DNA from: Octopus sinensis
Lineage: Eukaryota
Assembly: GCF_006345805.1 (NCBI RefSeq)
Contig: NC_043007.1
Location: 60,946,001-61,010,000 of the forward strand
DNA: 64,000 bases
Direction of reading: 5' to 3'
In this document: piece after piece, positions 27,401-39,400 of the stretch
Position numbering within the stretch: the first letter of the stretch is position 1
Layout of the letters: each line of letters begins with the position of its first letter
Translations under genes and position numbers: made by a program
The notes under the pieces: generated by a model
Told to the model about the DNA's origin: nothing
Database searches by the model: none
The model's input: only the letters and a program-made list of their open reading frames with translations

Positions 27401-30400
27401 GTACTTTCTATATCTGAAGCCTTGAAACAATATAGAAAATATCCTATTAAAATATTAGTTTAAAATATTCATTTCTTTAATACTCACAAGGGGCTAAACA
27501 TAGAGGGGACAAACAAGGATAGTCAAAGGGTTTTTCAGTCGATTACATTGACCACTAGTGTGTAACTGGTACTTATTTAATTGATCCCAAAAGGATGAAA
27601 AGCAAAGTTGACCTTAGCAGAATTTGAACTCAGAACGTAACAGCAGACAAAATGCTGCTAAGCATTTTGCCCGGCGTGCTAACAATTCTGCCAGCTCACC
27701 ATTAAAAATATTGAAAACTAAGAAAACAGTAACAAGAACACAACTTTAAAAGACACTGATATTCTCCCATTATTTATTAGTTTACCATATGTGTTCTATC
27801 AAAAATAACTGATTTATCATCTAGTCTATATAAATGGCAGTATGTGTGTGTATAATAACTAACACATACATTTCTACAATTCTCAACTGATTTTCACCAA
27901 ACTTTACACATGCATTACTTATGCCCCAAGGATGGTTGTGCACTATAATATTTTGCACAGAGCTCCTATGTAAATAGACATAGTTTTTTTGTATGTAGGG
28001 TCTTCTATACCTTTTATAAAAGTGAAAGGATTTTGTCCAATTATTTCTTTTGACTGCCTACTTGCAACTATAACATAACATGCGTTATGTCTCCGGTAAT
28101 TTTCTTTCATGTAAATAAATATTAATTAAAAAATTTGCCAGCAAAATCTTATAAACTGACAATGTTCAAAAAGATGTACATGTTTAAGTTATATATGAAA
28201 ATAAGAGTGAACAAAATATGCTTAAAAAACAACTATATTTTGTAGTCCACATCCATAATCTACTCCCAAAACACTTCAGTAGCTCTACTTTGCATTGCTT
28301 GCAAACTTATATGTTCTATGATCATTTAAGTGCAACAACCTCCACAATAACCAGCCTTCAATTTGATTTTCCGTTCCTATGTTAATCATAAACCTTCTCG
28401 GTAGTTCAATTATTTGGTGAATAAAATACCAACAAAGCAACTTAAAATATCCAAAGGACAGGTGCATTTGCTAGTTCCTTCAATAAACTTTTAAATTTTG
28501 TTAAATCTGAACTAACAGTGAATTTTTAAACTTCAATACAGGTTTTCCTTCCATTATGTGTTACCACTGATATAACCATCATATACTATCACTGATATAA
28601 TAATTTTGTTTTAAAAATGTTATTTTAGTTTAAGTTAAAACAAAACATAAAATATTGTTTATTACATATTTAGCCTCTTGCATTTTGAAACTGAATTATA
28701 TAAGTCTTTTGACTAAAGGCACAAGGCTGGAACCTATTTTATAGCCCCCAAAAGAATGAAAGGCAAAGTGGACCTCAACAGAATTTTAACTCAGAACATA
28801 AAGCCAGAAGAAATGCTGCTAAACATTTTGTCTGGATTGCTAAAGATTCTGCCAGCACACTGCCTTCTAAATTATATAACAAGCTTATTGCATACAGTGC
28901 TGAGATGCACTACAATGAATATATCTTCAGTTTAAAACCCATTTTCCCATAATCTGATTATAAGATATATAAGAATTATTGCATCAAAATATACAATATA
29001 TAATTTTAGAAACATCTATCCAGCAATGAGAAAAAATACCCGTAATTCCCAGTTATGACAGGTGAAGAGTTAATTACTCTTCATGCTTAATTGTTCAATT
29101 TAATAAACTAAGCCACTCCAATCTGATGCAATCAGTATGTTAGCAACTAACTTTGAAAGACCAATAACCTTCCTTAATCTTTTTTATAACATTGCTCTTT
29201 ACTAGTTTCAATCAATGCACTGTGGCTGTGCTGTGTACTGTTTATCAACTTCAGTACTTTGGTGGTTATTTTATTTAACTTGGTGGGACGTAACCAAATA
29301 GCACAAGGTGTTTAGTCTGACATTCTACTGATTTTGGCATCCTCCATGGTTATACACATATATATATATCTATATATCCAACAGACTTCATCAACCAAAT
29401 TTTACCCCAGAAGATTTGGTTGACCCATGGGTATAGCATAAGAAACAACCCTAAGGTTCCACACAATGGAGTCAGTCATATGATTGTAAAATGAACTTCT
29501 AAACTACATAGCCACTCTTAATTCAACAACCGCTCATAACTTCTTTCTTATGACTGCAAGATGCAAATATGTACACATCATTTTGAATTCTCAATGTTAT
29601 CCTGGATATCTACAAATATACTACTATGCAATTCTTATCATCTCAACACAAGATTTGAAATAACTGCAGGAGAAAAAAAAATGTTCCTTACTGGCTTGGA
29701 ATAGTGAAGTAGCTCTGTTAAACAAAAGCTAAATATATTTTTCATACTCTCATTCAACAATTACTTGATATATTTTATTTCATTTATAATTCTACTTCAT
29801 TGATCTTTTATTTGTTTCAGTTATTAGACTGCGACCATGCTGGGGCACTGCCTTGAAGAATTTTTATTCAAATGAATTGACACCAATACTTTTTAATTTT
29901 TAGATCCTGGTACTTATTCTATTAGTGTCTTTGCTGAACCACTGTTACAGAGACATAAATAAACCAACAGCAGTTGTCAAGCAGTGGAAGGAGACAAACA
30001 CACACACACATCATCATTGTTTAACGTCCGTTTTCCATGCTAGCATGAGTTGGATGGTTCGACTGGGGTCTGGGAAGCCAGGAGGCTGCACCAGGCACCA
30101 ATCTGATCTGGCAGTGTTTCTACAGCTGGATGCCCTTCCTAACACCAACCACTCCGTGAGTGTAGTGGGTGCTTTTTGTGCCACTGGCATAGGGGCCAAA
30201 GGAGGCTGGAAACGGCCATGATCAGTTGCTGCTTTTTATGTGCCACTGGCATGGAAGCCAATCAAGGCGGCGCTGGCATCGGCCAGCATGGGTATCACAA
30301 CTACAATTTCCATTTGATTTTCATTTTGATGTTGATGTACTTGACTCAATAGGTCTCAAGCACAGCAGGTCGCCCTAGGATCCAAGGGATTTTTGAATGG

Positions 30401-33400
30401 GCTGGGGCTGTTTATGCAAAACTGGTGTAGGATACAGCCGTGAACTCTCTTTATTTGCCGGGTCTTCACAGTCACAGCATATCTTCAGAGGTCTTAGTCT
30501 TTCGGCATTGCCTCTGTGAGGCCCAACGTTTGAAAGTCATGCTTGACCACCTCATCCCATGTGTTCCTGGGTCTACAGCTACCCTGGATTCCTTCAACTG
30601 TTTGGGAGTGGCACTTCTTCACATCCATCCGTAGTACATGACCATACCAGCGCAAACGTCTCTCTTGCACGCCATATCCAATGCTTCTTATGTCCAATAT
30701 TTCTCTCAGGGCGTTTACACTCTGTCGTGTGTGCACACTAACATTACACATCCAGCGGATCGTGCTAGCTTCATTTCTTTCAAGCCTACACGTGTCCTCC
30801 ACAGTCACAGCCCATGTTTCACTGCTGTGAAGCATGGCAGTTCGCACACATGTATCGTACAATCTACCTTTCACTCTGAGCGAGAGGCCCTTTGTCACCA
30901 GTAGGGATAGAAGCTTTCTAAACTTTGCCCAGGCTATTCTTATTCTAGTGGTAACACTCTCAGAGCATCCATCCCCACTACTAACTTGGTCACCTAGATA
31001 GTGGAAGCTATCAACTACTTCTAGTTCTACACATGTATATATAAATATATGACAGGCTTCTTTCAGTTTCTGCCTTCCAAATTCACTCCACAGGAGCCAG
31101 CTGGGCAGTACTGGCATTGGCCACATTTGGATGGTGCTTTTTATGTGCCACCAGCACTGAAGCTAGTCGGGGGGGGGGGGGGGGGGGGGGCTGGCATCAA
31201 CCATGTTCAGTTGGTACTTTTTTTACGTACCACGAGCATGAGAAGCCAGTCAAGCAACACTGGCATTGATCGACACATGAATTGTGCTTATTGTGTGCCA
31301 CCAGCACGAGTGCCAGTCAGGTGACACAAACTCATTGGAGTGGCAGAAACAGCACAGAGTTCTAGACTAAATGACTGATCGATTTCTGGTGGTTGACTTT
31401 GCAATTCATCCTCAGGATCAATAAAATAAGTGCTACATTTTTAAGCAATAATGACCTTCTTCTATAAATATGTGATGCCATGCTAATGCAAGAAAACATT
31501 GTTTCAAGAAATTTAAAATATTACCAAATCACAAGTTGATGAACATTCATTCTTCCACTGTTCGTATGTATCATAACCCCACAAGGCTCTTCTTATATCT
31601 GCAATTGTACAATTATGTTGATTAGAACAGTATTTGCAAAATACTACATACAAGAAACAATAATGTATCTAATTTCTGTGTAGATATAAGAAAAGCAAGA
31701 GACATGTAAGGAGCTATACAGAGTCAGAGTTACATACAAACAAATAAATACCTTCTCTGCTGAGTCTGACAGTTAGGAACATTTTGGATAAGTCCACTGT
31801 TACTCTAAGCTCTTTGCAAACTTGGTTGATCATCTTCTCCAGGTATACAATATAACAAATGGCACGTTGCATCGTCACTACCTAAAATCAATTCAATATC
31901 ATAAATGGAAAATGTTTGTTCAGCATGGTTATAAAATGTAAAATATTTTAAAAGGACAATGACTATGAGATTAAGATACAACGCTAGTGATTACATGGTG
32001 TGTTCATATCATACAATAGCTATTGTGTTCCTAAATCTGCTCATAAGTGGTTCCTACAAGTAGCACTCATTCTTCTAAAGGAATGGTGAACAATACATCA
32101 TCATCATCGTTTAACGTCCGTTTTCCGCGCTAGCACGGGTTGGACGGTTCGACCGGGGTCTGGGAAGCCAGGGGCCGCTCCAGGCTCCAGTCTGATTTGG
32201 CAGAGTTTCTACGGCTGGATGCCCTTCCTAACGCCAACCACTCCGTGAGTGGATTGGGTGGGTGCTTTTTACGTGCCACCTGCACAGGGGCCGGGGGGTC
32301 CGGCATTGTTCGCAATCGGCAACTGGGTCCAGGGTACTTTGAATGGGTAGGGGGTATGTGGAATTGCTGCAGAAAGCAGCCCGGGTCTTTGCAGTCACAG
32401 CATATCTCCAGAGATCTCGGTCTTTCGCCATTGCCTCAGTGAGGCCCAATGCTCTGAGGTCATGCTTGACTACCTCATCCCATGTCTTCCTGGGTCTACC
32501 TCTCCCCCTGATACCTTCAACTGTTTGGGAGTGGCACTTCTTCACACATCTCTCTTCATCCATCCGCAGCACATGACCATACCATCGCAAGCGTCGCTCT
32601 TGCACACCACATCTGATGCTTCTTATATCCAGCATTTCTCTTAGGATGCTTACACTCTGTCTTGCATGTACACTGACACTACACATCCAGCGGATCATGC
32701 TAGCTTCATTTCTTTCAAGTCTACGCATGTCCTCTGCAGTCACTGCCCATGTTTCATTACCGTGAAGCATGGCAGTTCGCACACATGCATCATACAATCT
32801 ACCTTTCGCTCTGAGGGAGAGACCTTTTGTTGCCAGTAGGGGTAGGAGCTTTCTGAACTTTGCCCAGGCTATTCGTATTCTAGTGGTGATACTCTCTGTG
32901 CATCCACCTCCGCTACTAACTTGGTCACCCAGGTAGCGGAAACTATCCACTACTTCTAGTTTCTCTCCCTGGAGTGTGATGGAATCTGTTTTCTGAGTGT
33001 CTGTTGTGTCTATTGTCCCTGTGCATCTGCCGCACATGAAAGCTATCTTATCTGTTAATTTCCCTTTAATGTTGCTGCACCTCTTATGTGTCCATAACTT
33101 ACATTGGGTGCATCTTATGGAGTTTCTACCTGTACCTTTCCTACAGATTGAGCAGGGCCACCTACCCGAGGGGGTGTGTGCTGAGTACCTCTTGCTGCTT
33201 ACTAATACTTTGGTCTTTGCTACATTTATTCTAAGGCCCTTTGATTCCAACCCTTGCTTCCACACCCGAAATTTCTCTTCTAGTTCCGGTAGTGATTCTG
33301 CTATGAGAGCTAGGTCATCGGCATAGAGGAGCTCCCAGGGGCATCCCGTTTTGAATTCCTCTGTTATTGCCTGAAGGACTATGATGAATAAAAGGGGACT

Positions 33401-36400
33401 GAGGGCTGAGCCCTGGTGCACACCTACTTCTACCCGGAATTCTTCACTATATTCGTTGCCAATCCTAACCTTGCTGACAGCCTCTCTGTATAGAGCCTGT
33501 ACAGCCCTTATTAGCCATTCTTCAATCTCCAGTTTCCGCATCGACCACCAGATGAGGGAACGGGGAACCCTGTCAAAGGCTTTCTCCAAGTCTACAAAAG
33601 CTATGTAGAGGGGTTTATCTTTAGCTAGGTACTTCTCCTGCAGTTGTCGGACCAGGAATATAGCATCAGTGGTGCTTCTACCTGGTACAAAACCGAACTG
33701 CATTTCATCTAAACAAATTCTCTCCCTAATGAGATGGGTTATGACCTTCTCTGAGACCTTCATCACCTGGTCCAACAGTTTGATACCTCTGTAGTTATTT
33801 CTATCTAGAGCATCACCCTTACCCTTGTAGCAGTTGACTATGGTGCTGCTGCACCAGTCATTGGGTATGACTCCATTGTGAACTACCTGGTTTACAATGC
33901 GGGTGACTATGGTATAGCCCACATAGCCAGCTGTTTTAAGCATCTCAGCAGTGATTCCTGATAGGCCAGGGGCTTTGCCTGGTTTCATATCCTTAATTGC
34001 CTTATCTACAAGGGAGCTGTCTATTCGGGTAGCTGGTCCCTCTACTGGGTCAACATTTGGCAGGCTCTCCTCCTCCCATTCATTCTCCTCATTCAACAGT
34101 CTTTCATAATGGCTTCTCCAAGTCTCTTTCTTTTCACTAGCAGTAAAAGCAAGTGCCCCATCATCCATGCGGACACATTTCTCTCCTATAACATCACTAT
34201 TTTCTCTGACACACTGTCTGGCAATCCGAAATACTTCAGCTCTTTGATCCTCGCGTCGCTGGACATTGGCAAACTTCTTCTTTTCTGCTACGTCTTTGGC
34301 TATGTATACCTGCCGCCCAGCCTCCCTTTTGGCTATCTGGTACAGTTCCCTGCTGCCCCCATCTTTCCAGGCTTTCCAGGCCCGTCTCTTTTTACAGATG
34401 GCTTTATCTACTGCACTATTCCACCACCACGTAATTCTAGGTCTGGAAGGGACTTTGCACCATCCACAGACTCGGTCTGTGGCACTCAGCAAGCTGTCCC
34501 GTAGGAATTCCCAGCTACCTTCTATGTCTGAAGCTCCTCCTCCCTCTCATCAAATTTCTTGATGAGTATGTCCCTAAATTTCTGACCATGTGAAGGGTTC
34601 TTTAGCCTCCAAATCCTTCTTTTCTGGATTGGTTTGTTTCTTGGAGTCCTTCTGGCCTCAAGCTTAAAGTCACTGATGATTAGTCTATGCTGAGGGATAC
34701 ATTCTTCACCCGGGAGGGTCTTTGTATTCAAGAGCAACCCTATTAACTTTAAATTTAATTAGTCACTACATGTATTACATAAGGGTATAAAAGTTGGGGA
34801 ACATTGTAAGTATCCAAGTGTTTTGGATCATCAAGTGTCCACTTTCCACACTGGCATGGGTTAGACGGTTTGACTGGAACTGTTAAGCCGGGGAGCTGCA
34901 CCAGGTTCCAGCCTGATTTGGTATGGCTTCTACAGCTGGATGTCTTTCGTAATGCCAACTGCTCCAAGAGTGTAATGGGTGCTTTTTACATGCCATTTAT
35001 ATAACATGACTGCAATGTATAACAAAAAAAGTTGCAAAACACTGGTTTAAGCAATGCCATAAATCTTATACCATTTGTGCTTCCTGATTGAGTGGCAGGA
35101 AAGGCATCCAGGTGTAAAAAGAATTACTTCAGTAAAAAAGCCACCACATCCATTCAAGGGAATAAAGGATGTTAAAAAAAAGAGTAAATAATATATCCAT
35201 CGGAGAGAGTCTACCAAATATCGAACCAATTAAGGGACCAGCCAATTGATAGCAGCATAATAGATAAGGCAATTAAGGACATGAAGACAAGGAATGCCTC
35301 TGGGCCATCAGGAATCACTGCCGAGATGATTAAAATTTCCAGTAGTGTAGGATACAGCTTAGTCACCCATATAGTTAATCAGGTTATTCAGGAAGGCACC
35401 ATCCGCAATGACTGGGTAAAGAAGATGATGCCTTAGATAGAAACAACTACAGAGGTATTAAATTGCTAGACCAAGTCATAAAAGTTACTGAGAGGTTTAT
35501 AGCTCAATTGATTAGAAATAAATTAAACTAGATGAGATGCAGTTTGGCTTTGTACCTGGGAAGAGTACCACAGATGTCATCTTCCTAGTGAGACAGCTGC
35601 AGGAAAAGTACTAGGCCAAAAGTAAGCTGTTGTACTTAGCTTTTGTCGACCTGGAGAAAGCTTTTGACAGAGTTCCCCTGCTCTGTTATATGGTGGTGTC
35701 TAAGGAAGTTAGGAGTAGAGGAGTGGCTTGTTAGAGCTGTACAAGCCATGTACAGTGGTGCTGTCAGTAATGTGAGAGTCATCCATGAATAGTGATGAAT
35801 TTAGTGTAGGGGTTCACCAAGGCTCAGTTCTCAGCCCACTCATTATAGTCCTCCAGACCATAACAGAGGAATTCAAAACTAGGTGCCCATGGGAACTGCT
35901 ATATGCTGATGACCTTGCTCTTATTGAAGAATCTTTAGCAGTATTGGAGAAGAAATTCCAGGTATGGAAACAAAACCTGGAATCAAAGGGCCTTAAAGTT
36001 AACCTAGCTAAGATCAAAGTTGTTGTTAGTAAGAAAGAAGATAAAACTCTCTTTCCGTCAAATAAATGACCCTGCTCAATACATAAGAAAGGAGTTGGAA
36101 GAAATTCCATTTGCTGCACCCAGTGTAAACTATGGACACATAAGGGGTGCAGTGGAATCACAGGTAGATTAACAAATAAAGTTGTCTTTGTATGTGGCAG
36201 ATGTGCAGGAACAATAACTACTAAGAGCACACGGGACTTTGATTCTCTCAAATGCTCAGGAGGTTGTAGCTAGTTTCTGTTACCTAGGTGACCAAATTAG
36301 CAATGGTGGAGGATGCTCTGAAAGTATTATTTCTAGAAAAAGAATTGGGAAGTTCAGAGAGCTATTAACTCTGCTGGCAACAAAAGGACTCTCACTCAAA

Positions 36401-39400
36401 GTGAAAGGATGTTTGTGTGTGAATGGCTATACTCCATAGTAGTGTGACATGAGCTCTGAATGTGTAGACTGGAGAGAAATGAAGGTAGTATGCTCCATTG
36501 GATGTGAAACATCAGTGCATATGTATGGCAAAGTGCAAATGTATTGAGAGAAAAATTGGGCATAAGAGGAATCAAATGTAGCATGCAAGAGAGAAGACTT
36601 TGTTGGTTTGGACATGTGATGCGTATGAATGAAGACAGCTGCATAAAGAAATGCCAATCACTGAAAGTGGATGGTACCTGCAGAAGAAGGCAACCCAGGA
36701 AGATGTGGGATGAAGTGGTAAGGACTGATCTCAGGATGTTGGGCCTCACAGAGGAAATGACAATGGACCAAGATGTCTGGCGATATGAAGTTCTTGAGAA
36801 GACTCACTCATGTCAGTGAAACTGAGTTCTAGAAGCACTGTGTCCCACCCACACTTAATAAGAAAACTTCTCACACACACTACCACAATAAACCAAACTA
36901 CATCTCTTCTCTTATTCACATTTCTGCTTCATGCACTATGCTTCCTGCCCACTCCCCAATCCTGTCCTCTTGGCCCTGTGTCACTGTATCATTGCTCTCA
37001 GTTTGCCCCTGACCTGTGTGTTCCACCCACATGCCGTCTCACTGCATTATTGCTATCTGCTATCCCCCGACCTGTATGTTTCACCCACACATAACAAGAA
37101 ACCTTTTCACTCACCCTACCTCAACAACCCAATCTACATATCCACATCTCTTCTCTTCCTCACATTTCCTCCTTCATACACTATGCCTTGCTCTCACTCC
37201 CCAATCCTGTCCTCACGGCCCTGTTCCTCTGTATCATTGCTATTTGGTAGCTCACCCACCCATCCAACTCTATATATACCCAAGTTTTTGCCCCACCTCT
37301 ACACTTTTTAATCACACTTCCTTGCAATATCCTGCCCTTACATTATGACATTCAAACCTCAAGGGCATGTCCTGGCACTTGCCACCATCTATATCTCTCT
37401 CTCTTCCTATACTCAACCATCCCATTTATATTTTGATCCCCGTCCCATGTGAGTATGTCTGGAATTTTGTCACCATCTCTATCCTGCTGTCTTCCACTCT
37501 CTCCTTCTCATGTATTTCCCTCAGGTTGGGTAACCATGTATTTCCTTTGCAGTAGCACACCTGTTTCTGTCTTCATTCCTGAACACAATCTCTCTCTGGC
37601 TGAGTAACCTTGTACTTCCTCTACAGCAAGACACCAGTTTCTGTCTCTTTCTCTCACTATAACCATTCATCATCCGACACAAGATCACCTCATCTAATGC
37701 CCCCTCCTCTCTTGAAAGTTTTTTCTTCTTTGTCTTATCTTGCAAGTACTTGGTGACCCTGTCAGTGCAGGTGCTACTTAAAAGCACCCAGTCTACACTG
37801 TAAATTGATTGGTATTCAGCTGTAAAAACCTTACCAAAACTGACCTCACCTGTGCTTATTATCATCATCTTCGTTTAGCGTCCGCTTTCCATGCTAGCAT
37901 GGGTTGGACGGTTCAACTGGGGTCTGGGAAGCCAGAAGGCTGCACCAGGCCCAGTCTGATCTGGCAATGTTTCTACGGCTGGATGCCCTTCCTAACGCCA
38001 ACCACTCCATGAGTGTAGTGGGTGCTTTTTACGTGCCACCTGCACAGGTACCAGACAAGGCTGGCAAACGGCCACGATCGGATGGTGCTTTTTACGTGCC
38101 ACCTGCACAGAGACCAGTCAGGGCAGCGCTGGCAACGGCCATGTTCGGATGGTTCTCTTGATAATAATAATAATAGTCCTTTCTACTGGAAGCACAAAAC
38201 ATGCATGAATTGCATAATTTATATGAACCGATTGATCCTGGCTCTCTGAGTGGTTGGTGTTAGGAAGGGCATCTAGCTGTAAAAATCCTGCCAAAACAGT
38301 CACAGAAGTCTGGTGCAGGGTTCTGCCTGGCCGGCTTTTGTGAAACCATCCCACCCATGCTAGCATGGAAGGTGGACATTACACAATGATGACTCCTATA
38401 AAGCCGCTCTAGAAAGAAATTATGAGTTATCACCATCATTATCATTTTAACGTCCACTTTTCCTATTGAATTGGTCAGAGAGAATCTATTGAGGTGGATT
38501 TTCTACAATCAGATGCCTATCTTGTCTCCAACCCACACTTATTTCCAAGTAAGGTAGTACTATCCCATGGCTAAGCATGCTTTCCCATAAGACTAGTAAC
38601 AACTACCACGCAATATCAAGTCAAGGAGATACACATACACATATACAACATGCTTCTTTCAGTTTCCATCTACCAAATTTATTCACAACACTTTGGTCAG
38701 TCAGGTGGTATAGTAGAAGAAACTTGCTCAAAGTTCCACACAAGGGAAGAGAACCAGAAACTACATGATTGAGAAGTGAACTTCTTAACTACAGTCATGT
38801 GTATTATTTTTAAATTTGTGAATATAAAACAAGAAAAAAGACAAAAAAAAAATCATATTCAAAACCTTAGTTCCTTTAGAATATTCTGAATATCCAGGGA
38901 TTTGTTTATACAATTTATTCATTAATTCATTTAAAGTACGGTGACGAACTCTAGAAAGACAAAGAGAGAGAGGAGAAAAATAAAAATAAAAAGCAATAAA
39001 AAGAAATAGAATTTATTTAAATTTTCAACATTACAAGGTAATAAATTATTGTTACATTATGAGAGTTTTTGTTTCAATGTTACATTGTACAACTGAATAT
39101 CTTTATAGATTTCAGCCATTTGTTTTATATACAGTATTTTCATAGACAGGAAGAGGTGTTAGCCAGTCTAGTTTCACTCCCCTGTTGAGACTTCATCAGC
39201 AACTAAATACGTCTTTAACTTGACTACAGAGACACTTATAAATCCACTATTACTTAGGGCTGAGTAAATCAGAAACACTGGTTTGTTTATATAACATTAT
39301 TGATAGCTAGTTCAATTAAAAAATAACTGGTGTACTAACAGTCTTTTCCCCATTAAATCTATATTGTACTATAGAATATATACAGAGATAGATTAAAATG

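Noticed and set aside
27278-27463. + strand ORF with a plausible acceptor
   Set aside because: Antisense to the phase-consistent - strand exon 27261-27420; no + strand gene model supports it.
28285-28507. Possible extra - strand exon; KAGYCGGCC looked like a DBF4-type zinc finger
   Set aside because: The frames stop before a usable donor, the phases do not fit, and the His ligands are in another frame.
31168-31191. Poly-G run as a functional G-quadruplex
   Set aside because: A homopolymer within a SINE/RTE fragment, of uncertain length; no further support.
36810-37555. Several Pro/His/Leu-rich ORFs (also 44227-44893)
   Set aside because: Low-complexity pyrimidine/purine tracts of retroelement 3' regions.
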